The notes under the pieces were generated by a model. The model saw nothing but the letters and a program-made list of their open reading frames with translations. It was not told the origin of the DNA and searched no databases. A program made the position numbers and the translations under genes. Below, in pieces: positions 40,095 through 51,263 of a stretch of DNA of 64,000 bases (positions are counted from its first letter, which is position 1; every line of letters begins with the position of its first letter). The stretch lies in the NCBI GenBank assembly GCA_020137815.1, contig CM035352.1, forward strand, positions 8,246,001 to 8,310,000. Direction: 5' to 3'. The DNA is from Hormiphora californensis. Lineage: Eukaryota > Animalia > Ctenophora.

Positions 40095-41512
40095 TATCCA
40101 TGGCAACTGGACGGGTAAGAACACCCCTCAGTATGATGGTCCTGATGACCTACCTGTCCGTGGGGGTTGGCCTGACCACTTTGAGACTCTCATCTTGGCA
40201 TACAAGGTGGATATAGTCCTAGCGGGACATGTCCACCAATACGAGAGGAGTTGGCCAGTATGGGGGCGTGATAATGTACAACAATCGTATAATGATGTTA
40301 CCGCTCCTGTTCATATTACCTGTGGCAATGCTGGAAAAAGTCTTTATAAGTAAGTATATGCTCCTTCATAAAAATGATTACTCCTTCATAAATCTTTGGG
40401 TAGATCTCAACATTTCAAACTGACACTCCATGCTTCCTCTAAAAGCACAGCTTGTAAAAACAATACCATGGAATTTCTTGTTCATTTAGTTGTCTTCACC
40501 CAATTACCTTCCCGCCTCTCCGGCTCCTCTGATACTCAGTATCATACTATCGTCTTCCACAGAACTTCTAAACATGCTGATTCCAGTAATTCTACCATGC
40601 ACACTGCAATTCAGCATGGTTCGACGTTCAAAGTGTTAAGTGCCATGCAGGGTAGAATTCATCCGTTCATTCAGTTGTCCTAGTAACTAGCTATTCTACC
40701 ATGCACATGTCCATGGTGGTAGAACAGTTCTGCATGAAACTATATCGAATAGTTCTCCTTAGAACTCAGCATGTTAATTAACATGCTGAGTTCTTAAGAT
40801 ACTATTATTGATATTCTGTGGAAGAGGGCAGCACATAGAACGACACTGTTTTGTTCACAGAGTGTCGAGAAAGGCAAACAACACCAAATCATTGCTAATT
40901 ACACCTGTACCCCCACTGCTAATTACACCTGTACCCACACTGCTAATTACACGTCTATTGAACACCTGCATTACCACCCTTCCCCCACTCCTAATTACTC
41001 CTATTGAACACCTGCATTACCACCCTTCCCCTAGATACATAAAGGACAGCCAACGAGATGGTTTCAATGATACAGCCCCGGCGTTCTCAGCAGCCCGGAC
41101 TAAACGAGTTGTGGGGTACATTGTGAGCTGGAGTTCTATAATCGCACCACCGTCAGGGTAGGTCTAAACCAGGAGGACAGGAACCGACCGACATAAGTAA
41201 ACAACCAATCAGAACTCGTTATTTAGGTCACAGTGACTGGTTATCAGCCAATCAGGGACCAGTATTTCCTGATTCGGTCGGTTCCTAGTCTATATATTAT
41301 TAGACAATTTTAACCGGTTATCTAAGTTTTCACAGTACACCGTTTCCGGTGGTTAAAGTGTACTGTGAAATTTTAGACCACTGCAAAAACACTAGTAATT
41401 ATAAAGTAAAATACCGCTGCAGTGGTATGTGAAAAATTAAACACTTTCTAGTCACACGCACACAGTGTGAACATTACAAACATTACAAACTGAGTGAACG
41501 GGATAAAGATTA

Positions 41513-41579
<67 letters not shown>

Positions 41580-41580
41580 T

Positions 41581-41613
<33 letters not shown>

Positions 41614-41776
41614 TAGGAAAAGAGAGAATCGAAGGCAGAGAGGGAAAGCAGATGCAGGACGCTCATTGGTGTGGTGCCATCACGTGACGATCACGTGACC
41701 TATAGTTGCAGAGGGGAAGAAAAGATAAGGGTTAGGGCGTGTGCAGTGTGCACTGTGCAGTAGTGACTACTGCACA

Positions 41777-41813
<37 letters not shown>

Positions 41814-42397
41814 TTCTCTTTCTCTCTCTCTCTCACTCAATCGTTATCTCTTTCACTCAGTTTGTTTCCAAAATCATCTAATAAAATTAGATGACTGCTT
41901 TTACATGCTCTATTACACAACAATAATGTTAAAGATTCTTTCACTTTTAGGCCTCGCAGGCTCGGCCCAAAAGTACAACTACAGAGCTCGCAGGCTCGCT
42001 CAGTAGTTACACTTAGCGTGCCTCGCAGGCTCGGCAGCTAAGTAAAAGGATCTACCTCGACCTGTCGGTCTCGGTTCATTATTGTTGTATTTAGAGCACT
42101 CGGCCTTCGGCCTCGTGCACTAAAAAGTAATAGACCATTTTAACCAGTCATCTAATCATATAATAATTTCAGTGGAAAGGAACTCTTACTTCCCCCTGCA
42201 CACCGCCAATATACAACCAGTGTACTAAAACAACAAACTGATATCTGTGCATATTTCAGCATACAATGCGTGTTATGGGAGAGAGGACTGTTAGGGAGGA
42301 GTTTGATGTCACCATCACCAAGAAGAGTGGAGGTGTCAGAGCAGAACAGGCATTCTTCGTTGGGTTACTGATACCGCTCTTGAACAGTTTTATTTAG
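40095..42397 (+). CDS. PAP alternative 3' cassette B (3 exons; two +1 indels in exon 2)
   Basis: ctag|T ATC CAT GGC AAC TGG...AGHVHQYERSWP...CGNAGKSLYK (40095-40349); exon about 41035-41157; last exon 42260-42397 ending AFFVGLLIPLLNSFI*. No 5' half or in-frame ATG of its own. Confidence 0.75.
41179..41286. mobile_element. 108-bp MITE
   Basis: TIRs AGGAACCGACCGA...TCGGTCGGTTCCT. Confidence 0.8.
41301..42155. mobile_element. Second member of the multi-hairpin, direct-repeat-bounded element family
   Basis: Imperfect 25-bp direct repeats TAGACAATTTTAACCGGTTATCTAA / TAGACCATTTTAACCAGTCATCTAA; hairpin cluster homologous to 19985-20192. Confidence 0.55.
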
Positions 42398-43047
42398 ATG
42401 TGATCAGTGGCAAAAGTAGATCTTTATGAAATGAACAATTAAGTTGAGCTTAGTAAAGTATTGATGTGATTTCTTTCAATAGTTTGAACTTGAAATTCTG
42501 GAGTTTCAATTGTTGTGTTTACACTAAAATTAGTTTCCTACAATCCCACATTGCATCACTCATTCAAGTACAACTCATCAACATAGCCTCTCTCTTGATT
42601 TTGATTTTCAAACTAAAAGGTCTACAATACAGGGACACAAACACGCGTAGATATAGACACACATAATATAGATATAAAGATAAATTTCCCTGTACAATAG
42701 AGCCAGATAGCGGAGGGCTGTAGACAGCGCTTACACCTATCAAGAGAAATATTAAATCAATTAATAGAATATATGATATTTATAGTATTATCATAGTTAT
42801 TAAATAGTAATTAATTTTATTGAGATTTGAGCATGAGCAGCCGCACGATGATAATGATCAACATGAGTAATAATGTTATGATGGTGCTTCTGCTATAATT
42901 GGAATATTTCCAAGACCAAGAGAGAGTAAATAACACGAGAGCGCTATTGGCTAATGGTGGAGAGATCACATGTTCAACACAAGCCAATAATTAGAGAGCA
43001 GTTAGGAACTGAAAGAATAGTTAGACAATAGGGAGAGAGAGAGAGCG

Positions 43048-43155
<108 letters not shown>

Positions 43156-43329
43156 ACTGAACTGACTGAGAGAGACAGATGGGAACAATAGGAGAGATAC
43201 TTGACAGAATACATAAAAACGGTTAACGGGAGATCGCGCCAAAATGGAGTAGAGAGCACGAGTTAAATGCTGAAGTGAAACACTTTCGATATTATGAGAA
43301 CGATAAAAGAAGACCCATTTAGTGACTAC

Positions 43330-46300
43330 CTAAGTGACACCCTGATCAGTCCCAGAACTATCCCAAAGATGTCTTTTTAATTGAGAAGAGAAAATTATGG
43401 GATCAGAAGTAGCTCTCAGGGAAAGCGGAAGAAGGTTCCAGAGCTTATGGGCACGGTAGAAGAAGGAATTTTCAAATATGTTAACTCTAGGAACCTCGGA
43501 CGTCATCAGGTGGAGTGAATCCATATTGGATTGGGCCCTAGTGTTTATTACTATCTGGGAGGGGGTAAAGAACGAGAGATAAGGAGGGAGATCGATTGGG
43601 GAGGTACCATATATTATTTTGTGCAGAAGCATTAAATCATTAAGCTCGAATTTATTACGAATAGGAGGTATGTTGAGGTTGGCAAGCTTGGAAAAATATT
43701 CTACCTCAGAGTAGCTAGAATTTTCTTCATCTAGTATCCATTTTATCGCTCGCTTCTGGAGTTTTTCTAGCTTTTCAATCCCAGCTGTACTAGTTGGTCT
43801 CCAGATTTGTGAGCAATGTTCTAGTAAGGACCGCACAAGAGACAAGTATAGGGTCTTCCGTTCAGGTGGTGTTCTAGCTAATTTACTGTGCCTCTTTAAT
43901 AACCCTAACTTTTGCCTCTGGGAAGCAAGAATAGAATTTCTGTGCTCCTCATAACTCAATCGGTTACTAATAAGAACGCCGAGGTCTTTCTCAGAGGAAA
44001 CTGAAACAATTAATTCCCCTGCAAGAGTGTAAGAATGAGCTATTTCACGTCTATTTAGATTAAGCCTTATTAATTTACATTTAGCTGGGTGGAAGGAGAT
44101 GCGGTTTTCTATAGACCATTTGTGAAGGTTGTCGATATCGGATTGTAGGCTATCTGAGGGAGAGTGTACACTTTTCCATATTTTGAGATCATCAGCATAT
44201 AGCCTACTATTGGTACCCTGATTGATTACACTAGTGATATCATTAATAAATAAGACAAAGAGAAGTGGTCCTAAAATGGATCCTTGAGGCACCCCAGAAT
44301 GTACTGGTGCCCATTCAGAGGATATACTATCTATAACTACCCGCTGTTTTCTATCCCTAAGATATTCTATAATGAAACTTAACATTTTCCCATTAATATT
44401 GTAATGATCTCGGAGTTTATCTATAATTACATCATGATTAACACTATCAAAGGCCTTAGCAAAATCAAAATATACGATATCAGTCTGAAGATGGTTATTT
44501 ATATTGTAGGCGAGGCTGTCAGTGAATTCAATCATCTGGGTACAGCATGATTTATTAGGTACAAAGCCATGTTGATGAGGAGAAATTTTATCTTGGCAAA
44601 TAAGGAAGAGCTTGTCCCTAATAAGTCTTTCAAATACCTTCATTACTAGGCAGGTTAGAGATATAGGCCGATAATTTTTAACTAGAGACTTGTCCCCTTT
44701 CTTGTGGACTGGCACTACATTTGCCTCTTTCCATTCTGATGGCAAATAACTGGAATGGTATGAGAGATTATAGATGTATGCAAGAGGGCGAGCTAGGACT
44801 GAAGAACATTTTTTAAGAACAATACCGTCTATATTGTCAGGACCAGTTGCTTTGGAGGGGTTTATATCCTTGAGGATTTTTTGAACATCCTCCTCTCTAA
44901 ATAGAAGATTATTACAGTCATTTACGTGGTTCCTGTTAGGATCGATTACTGTATTGTAACTACTAATATCAGAAAATTGAGCACAGAAGAAGTTGTTGAA
45001 CATGTTACATTTTTCAGAAGTTCTACAGGAAGAGTTGTTATTGTCACTAACAGAATCGGGAATTCTAGTGCTCCCTACTAAAGATTTAAGATACTTGTAG
45101 AACTTTTTAGTTATAGTATTACTGTCATTCATTTCCTCGTCTGTATAGTAACTAGCTCTTTTGTCTTCTACAGAGAGTTTGTAATTGTCAGCCAGGGATA
45201 CGTATTCGTCGTTTAAGGTGATATCGTCAGGATGCTTAAGATGAAGCTTGCGGGCTCTTTCTACAGATTTTCGGAGAGCTTTTAGGTCTTCATCGAACCA
45301 GGGTGGACGAGAGGAGGGTTTAACAGTGACCATAGGAACGTACCTTTTTAGGATAATGTCTAGTTTTGATTTGAGACAAGAGACACATTCTCGAGCATTA
45401 AGGCCCACAAAAAGAGCATTCCAATTGCATGAGTTCAGATCTTGGTTAATCCGATCCCAGTTTGCTTTCTTATATGAAAATTTTCTAAACTTGGCAGTAT
45501 TTTTCATGGAGACTCCTAAATTGATGGTACATTTAATTGTGCTATGATCAGATTTAACTAATAGATCCTGTTCAACTTTAACTTGATTATATATGCTAGG
45601 TCTATTTGTAAGAATGAGGTCTAGGATATTTCCTGAACGATGCGTAGGAGAGTTTATCAGGGATACCATACCAAGGTTACTTACGATTTCAAGGAAACTA
45701 GATTGTCTCCCAACATTGGATGAAGGCAAATCCCAGTTTTTTATAGAGCTAAGATTGAGGTCGCCTATTATTGTAAGGGAATTATATCGCTTCGAGAGAA
45801 CTTTATAATACGTTTCAGCTTGACTGTTGGATTCACAGTCGGAATAGTCGTATCTGTAATAGGTCGAGATGCATAACTTAGGTCCTTTCTTAGGCTTAAC
45901 TAGAATACTAACTATTGGTAGGTCAGTTTGCTCCATAATAGCAGAGTACTGTATATCACTATGGTTTTTACATAATATCATTACTCCACCGCCCCCTTTT
46001 TTACCATACTTATTTTTGTCGATTTCACTTCTATCTTTTCTAAATATGGTGTAGAGAGAGTCCGATATAATTTCATTATTGCCTACATAGGAGTTGAGCC
46101 AGGTTTCATTTACTATAACTATGTCAGGTTCATGTGTGTACAAGTATGCCTGGAGATCAAGGAGTTTTTTAGTTTGGAAAATAGGGCAGTCGCCACCAAT
46201 GCTATTCATATGTATGAGGCCCTGTGCATTACAATATACTATTTTAATTCTATCGGGGCCAGGGTTTTTAATACCTGGGTTACATTGAACGAGGAGAAGG

Positions 46301-46707
46301 AGAGCCAGACCAGCAATAAAATAGAGACCACGGTTGTTGACTAATGTATTTTTAGGATAGATAGAGGCAATGTATGTTATTAATAGGTTTTTAGGGAAGA
46401 GCGTACTTAGTATTTGGGAGGACATATTTAATGACGGGGAGGATGAAGCAGAGATTGAATAAGACTGTAGGTGGTAAACAACCAGATAGTTTAATAGGAT
46501 ACAGAGAGACAGTGCTGTTAGAAAGATTATAGTTTTTAGACATGAACGAGTGGTTTGTGGGGGGTGTGGTTGTGGATCATCCGTGCGGCTACTCATTTCC
46601 TCAATAGAGTGAGGAAATGGTTGAGATCGGTGCTTCTTCGAGAGAGAGTGTACTTTGATAGATTGGAAGCATCCGACTCTGAATCTATAGAGTTGTAAAT
46701 CGATCAT
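43330..46707 (-). CDS. LINE ORF2: hydrophobic N-terminus ending NPGP, APE endonuclease, reverse transcriptase
   Basis: YCNAQG, VNETWL, IIGDLN, ILDLIL and SDH (APE); KATGPDNID, YRPISLT, QHGF, DFAKAFDSV, GVPQGSILGPLLF, LYADD and EKDLGV (RT). Confidence 0.97.
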   Translation of the reverse strand: MIDLQLYRFRVGCFQSIKVHSLSKKHRSQPFPHSIEEMSSRTDDPQPHPPQTTRSCLKTIIFLTALSLCILLNYLVVYHLQSYSISASSSPSLNMSSQILSTLFPKNLLITYIASIYPKNTLVNNRGLYFIAGLALLLLVQCNPGIKNPGPDRIKIVYCNAQGLIHMNSIGGDCPIFQTKKLLDLQAYLYTHEPDIVIVNETWLNSYVGNNEIISDSLYTIFRKDRSEIDKNKYGKKGGGGVMILCKNHSDIQYSAIMEQTDLPIVSILVKPKKGPKLCISTYYRYDYSDCESNSQAETYYKVLSKRYNSLTIIGDLNLSSIKNWDLPSSNVGRQSSFLEIVSNLGMVSLINSPTHRSGNILDLILTNRPSIYNQVKVEQDLLVKSDHSTIKCTINLGVSMKNTAKFRKFSYKKANWDRINQDLNSCNWNALFVGLNARECVSCLKSKLDIILKRYVPMVTVKPSSRPPWFDEDLKALRKSVERARKLHLKHPDDITLNDEYVSLADNYKLSVEDKRASYYTDEEMNDSNTITKKFYKYLKSLVGSTRIPDSVSDNNNSSCRTSEKCNMFNNFFCAQFSDISSYNTVIDPNRNHVNDCNNLLFREEDVQKILKDINPSKATGPDNIDGIVLKKCSSVLARPLAYIYNLSYHSSYLPSEWKEANVVPVHKKGDKSLVKNYRPISLTCLVMKVFERLIRDKLFLICQDKISPHQHGFVPNKSCCTQMIEFTDSLAYNINNHLQTDIVYFDFAKAFDSVNHDVIIDKLRDHYNINGKMLSFIIEYLRDRKQRVVIDSISSEWAPVHSGVPQGSILGPLLFVLFINDITSVINQGTNSRLYADDLKIWKSVHSPSDSLQSDIDNLHKWSIENRISFHPAKCKLIRLNLNRREIAHSYTLAGELIVSVSSEKDLGVLISNRLSYEEHRNSILASQRQKLGLLKRHSKLARTPPERKTLYLSLVRSLLEHCSQIWRPTSTAGIEKLEKLQKRAIKWILDEENSSYSEVEYFSKLANLNIPPIRNKFELNDLMLLHKIIYGTSPIDLPPYLSFFTPSQIVINTRAQSNMDSLHLMTSEVPRVNIFENSFFYRAHKLWNLLPLSLRATSDPIIFSSQLKRHLWDSSGTDQGVT

Positions 46708-46799
46708 TATCGATTTTAAGTAAGCTTAACTAAACTTGTCGGTATGACTGGGGAGATTTCACTAGACTCCCTATTGAACTATAATATGCGGATTAAGAA

Positions 46800-48575
46800 C
46801 TAGCTGGCTCTATTATACGGACTCAAAAGATACTTAAAAATATTGACTAAATGCCTCTTTCCAAGAGCACTGGGGTGGAGCATACCTCGTCCAAACAATG
46901 AACGATTAACACAGCACCCACAGTGCTCCAAGAAATCGTCAAAGCACTCAAGCCAGCCAACACCCATTTCACCATTACTCCCGAAATAGTCATCAATGAC
47001 TCCCCTCATTGTTTGGTTAAATCTGATAATACGGGGGGCTAACTCAGGACGGTCCAGTCTCGGTAGAACGCTTAGACAGTTTATTGTTGCACGCGGAAAA
47101 CGGTAACTAAGTAAATCAATGAGACCCAAATACATATGACATATATCTAAGATGCCATTAGGAGAAGCAATGTCATTGGTGCCCACTAGTAAACTGATGG
47201 AATCAATGTCCAAATCTCGAGTCCAAGATCCGCACACTCTAATCAAGTCAGGGATAGTGGCGCCCCCCATTGCATGAACTTGAGCTTGGTGTTGGTTGAA
47301 GTTCAGCTTGAGACCCCTGACCATGGAGTCGCCGATGATGAGGTGGCGTGTGGGGTGGCGTGGCACAGCCTGAGTTCGAGAAGGGTGCAAGACAGGAAGC
47401 CCGGAAGAGACGGCCGGTGGGGTCGCAGAGGTTGGTGGAGTGGTAGAGGAGTTAGGTGGGGGACCAGAAACCAATGGAGCGATGTCTAAGACCGGTGGGG
47501 TGTTGGAGTTGAGAGGTGGTGATTGGGTTTCAGAGACCACCGGTGCGATTTCAGAGACTGGTTGGGCGGTGGAGGTGAGAGGTGGGATTGGGGGTTCAGA
47601 CAATTCAGAGACCAGTTGATCATGATGTGGTACTGGGGATGGAGGTGAGGATTGTAGTGCCTCAGAGACCGGTGGGTCGGTCAGTGGTGAAGTGTGGGAG
47701 ACAATAGTTATGTCTGGGAGGTAGGGAGGCGGGGAGGACATTTCAGGCTGGTTTGAGGAAACAGACTGTAAAGTAGGTACAGGAGTTTCGGGTAATGTTG
47801 GCGGAGTCGGAGCCGAGGATTGATGCGATCGGATGGGGCGAGGCGTGGAGTTAAGCGGTGAGTGATTATCCGGTACCTTGACTCTTCGGAATGACAGAGC
47901 CACCCTCTCACCTGACTGACCTGGGTACTTTGGGCACCCATGCCAAAGTTGATCTTGGCACTCTGGCATAAACATGACCCCGTCACCATTGTACAGGGTG
48001 AGACTACCCTCAAAACTGCTCTCTGCCCTGTATCTGCCATCTAGAAAGTCAAGGAAACGTGTTGCCCCAAGAGATATCGTAAAAATGGGGGAAGACGGGT
48101 CATTCATATCCTCCCTATCCTGGTGGAGGGGTAGATTCTCATCACCGTTCATGTAGCGTATCATAAGGCACCCATTAAAATTTGTTTTAAAGGTCCTGTT
48201 TACTCGCTGTAGGAGGGCTGACATGGGGACGGGAAAGGGGGAAGGCCTAAGAGAGATGTTGCCCCAGCCGTATGTAACCCCAGTCTCAGAATACCAGACG
48301 AACCTATTGCCTCTAGATACCCGGTGAGGAAGGTTCAGCTCACCCAATAATGACTCAGCTGAGAAAGAGTCTAGAAAACTGGAATAAAGCACTGCAAGGC
48401 CGTTTTTAATTGTCCGGGTGGGGATGGGGGGAGGGGTTTTATTTAGAGCCCTGGTAACAAGCAGTTCAAGGTCATCCCTACTCACGACCACAGAGTCTGT
48501 AGTAGATATCTCGAGCAGCGTCCTCTCAAGGTTGTCGTGCCTTATCGTTATCTCCCCAGTCATCCTCGAGCCCAT
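46800..48575 (-). CDS. LINE ORF1: AlkB-like 2OG-Fe(II) dioxygenase + Pro/Ser/Thr linker + SGNH/GDSL esterase
   Basis: FNGCLMIRYMNGDENLPLHQD...IFTISLGATR...LWHGCPK...RVALSFR (HxD...H...RxxxxxR); IIGDSMVR...GGA...VGTND...LHP (SGNH blocks). Confidence 0.9.
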   Translation of the reverse strand: MGSRMTGEITIRHDNLERTLLEISTTDSVVVSRDDLELLVTRALNKTPPPIPTRTIKNGLAVLYSSFLDSFSAESLLGELNLPHRVSRGNRFVWYSETGVTYGWGNISLRPSPFPVPMSALLQRVNRTFKTNFNGCLMIRYMNGDENLPLHQDREDMNDPSSPIFTISLGATRFLDFLDGRYRAESSFEGSLTLYNGDGVMFMPECQDQLWHGCPKYPGQSGERVALSFRRVKVPDNHSPLNSTPRPIRSHQSSAPTPPTLPETPVPTLQSVSSNQPEMSSPPPYLPDITIVSHTSPLTDPPVSEALQSSPPSPVPHHDQLVSELSEPPIPPLTSTAQPVSEIAPVVSETQSPPLNSNTPPVLDIAPLVSGPPPNSSTTPPTSATPPAVSSGLPVLHPSRTQAVPRHPTRHLIIGDSMVRGLKLNFNQHQAQVHAMGGATIPDLIRVCGSWTRDLDIDSISLLVGTNDIASPNGILDICHMYLGLIDLLSYRFPRATINCLSVLPRLDRPELAPRIIRFNQTMRGVIDDYFGSNGEMGVGWLECFDDFLEHCGCCVNRSLFGRGMLHPSALGKRHLVNIFKYLLSPYNRAS

Positions 48576-48604
48576 TCTATTTCATCGGGACCTAGAGGCC
48601 AAGC

Positions 48605-48639
48605 CTCAAATTAATTTGTTTAAAGTAGTGTTGAAAAGT
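48605..48639 (-). other. Retroposed spliced-leader-like sequence at the LINE 5' end
   Basis: ACTTTTCAACACTACTTTAAACAAATTAATTTGAG, identical to 26975-27009 (minus). It is followed by GC, not a GT donor, 29 nt before the ORF1 ATG. Identity as the ctenophore SL is from memory. Confidence 0.75.
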
Positions 48640-48669
48640 ACACTCATTCATAGCCTCTCTCCCTCACAG

Positions 48670-50621
48670 AATCCATGGTAACTGGGACGGCAGGGAATTC
48701 AACACCAGTAGCAGATATGTTAACCCTGAAATCATTGGTTGGCCTGACAACTACGAGCGGCTCCTTGGTAAATGATCTTATACATTCTTGCACATGTTGC
48801 AACTTTGTTGAGTTACCCTACAAATCATACTCGGTTTTGAATTTTGTCGCACAAAACTTCGATAAGTCAAACCATAAATTGAATGAATCTTCAAAACTCA
48901 GTACGACAATTACAACCATAAATTTCATGGTACCTGAACAAAACAGGCTATGTGCATGTGGCTGAAGTAACAAAGACCAATAACCTCGCCCCCACTAATC
49001 CACTAGCTCTTTGTCCCCTAAAATCTAAATCCCATGATATTTCAGTGGAGGGTAAGGTGGACATCGTACTAAATGGACATGTTCACCACTATGAGGTGAC
49101 CTACCCAGTTCTCAACTCTACTGTAATTGGAAAAAGGTACTTTATTTTAGCAGCTGACTATACCGTAACTCGTATAAACGGTATTGAGTCTAGAAACATT
49201 GACCAATAGTACGGTATTAGAAGTAGGAAGCTCTATACTGTCAGGACAATGCTCTGACAGGCGCTATATACCTATAACTCCACCAAATCTGTTTCACAGG
49301 TCGAACAACTCCGTATCTGGTGGACCAGTCCACATAACTTGCGGGCAGGCTGGGAAAAGCCTATACAGGTAAACGAATATAGCAACAGCTCATTCTATAA
49401 ATAGCATTTTCAGTCTGTACCTACCAGTACCTATGTAGAATTCAGAAAATAAAACTACCAAGACCTCATCATTTCTCTGTTTTTATAGGATCAAACATGG
49501 GGAAAATTCCTACTCTGAGCCACCTCCATCGTGGAGCATGGTCCGAGACAACGAGCACTGGGGCCACTGTGAATTGCACTTCAACTCAGATCGAACTACA
49601 GTCCAGGTTTGTTGAGTGCAGGTCGGTTTGTTTGTTTGTTTGTTGTTATTTGTTTGCTTGTTTGTTTGTTTGTTTGTTTGTTTGTTTGTTTGTTTGTTTG
49701 TTTGTTTGTTTGTTTGTTTGTTTGTTTGTTTGTTTGTTTGTTTGTTTGTTTGTGTTTTGTTTTTTGTTTTTGGTGCCATTGCCACCTATTCTCCTTTGTG
49801 GGATCGATCTCAGTCGATCTCGCACAGGTGTCCAAGGTTTGTTTGTTGGCCAGCTCTCATTGATTTAATCAAATCCTATGCAGCTCTAAAGGCCCTCATA
49901 TTGATTTCAAATCCTATAGGAGAGAGGCTCTCTTCTAAGGGCCTTTCTTAACGAGACAAAAACTACAATTGCACCCTGCAATTGCAGAAAGATGTTTGCA
50001 CCCTGTAGGGGTGTAACAGGAGGACCTATTACACCCTGCAATTGCACCCTACAATTGCACCCTACAACTCTCGTTAAGAAAGAAAGTTGTAGGGTGCAAT
50101 TGCACCCTTTACACGTGACCCAGTCACGTGCGCAATGAACGTGGGAAGTTGAGGGGTAGTGAAACATGAAACCCGGTTTACGGGGCATTGTTTATCATCA
50201 CCTATTGGCATTGATACACACAGCATTACCACATCAACATGGCACGTGACTGGGTCACGTGTGAAGCATGCAATTGCACCCTGTAAACTTCTTTCTTAAC
50301 GAAGGTTTGCAGGGTGCAATTGCAGGGTGCAATTGCAGGGTGCAAACTCTCGTTAAGAAAGAAGTTTGTAGGGTGCAATTGTAGGGTGCAATTGTAGGGT
50401 GCAATTGCAGGGTGCAGCTCGTTAAGAAAGGCCCTAACTTCTTGATTCCAAATATCCGGTCCTATATAATGATTATCTCTCCTTTTCAGCACCGGATGTA
50501 CCGGATGGGAGAGAGAGAGCCAACCCAGACGGTAACTATCGAGAGATCCAAGAACTCAGTCAATGGAGCAGCTACTCTTCAACTCTCTATATTCTGGATA
50601 ACTGCTTTACTGCTTTACTAG
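48670..50621 (+). CDS. PAP alternative 3' cassette C (5 exons)
   Basis: cacag|A ATC CAT GGT AAC TGG...GWPDNYERLL | VEGKVDIVLNGHVHHYEVTYP | ...VHITCGQAGKSLY | ...WGHCELHF | ...LSIFWITALLLY*. All junctions are in phase and there is no 5' half of its own. Confidence 0.8.
49626..49752. repeat. (TTTG)n microsatellite
   Basis: Direct reading; intronic. Confidence 0.95.
49939..50434. mobile_element. PIF/Harbinger (Tourist-like) MITE
   Basis: TAA|GGGCCTTTCTTAACGAG...CTCGTTAAGAAAGGCCC|TAA; internal (CAATTGCACCCTG) repeats. Confidence 0.85.
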
Positions 50622-51263
50622 TTACCTACTTATTGTCTGGTGGCGCCAGACCCCTATTGAATTCTCAGACAGCCTACTTAGAGTGAGTCAAAATCACCAA
50701 GAGATTGAGCAATAATGGGACTGAATGTATATTGGACTGAGCGACGGGACTGAGTTGTTTTTGCATGAGAGACAAATGAGAGAGAGAGAGATAGAGACAA
50801 ATGAGAGAGATAGAGAGAGAAAGAGAGAGAGAGAGGCCATAAGTTCCACATGCTGGTAATCTATTGTCCCAGACTCTGAGTCAGTAACGTCTTTTTTTAC
50901 TTCATATTTACTCTCCTACCGTCCCCTGGTTCCCCTTGTTTTGCTCAAACCCACACGGAGAGAAAGAGAGGATGGAGCAAAGCAAAGTTCCACGTGTTAT
51001 CTATTGTCTCAGAGGTCACTTCTGGAATTGGAGCTACCAGTTGATATCGGAGGCCCACTGCATCCTCTTTATTTTACTACTCACTCAGATTAAAATAAAG
51101 ACTGGTTTTGTGTGAGCGTGGAACGGTACTGAAATAATGGTTTTGTTTAGAATGGAATGGTGTTGTTTACCATCTGCTACCAGTACCACGGGCCACGCCC
51201 CATTGTTCCTAGTTACTATAAAACCACCACCCATACCTCTTCCACCTCATTCCCTGCTAAACG

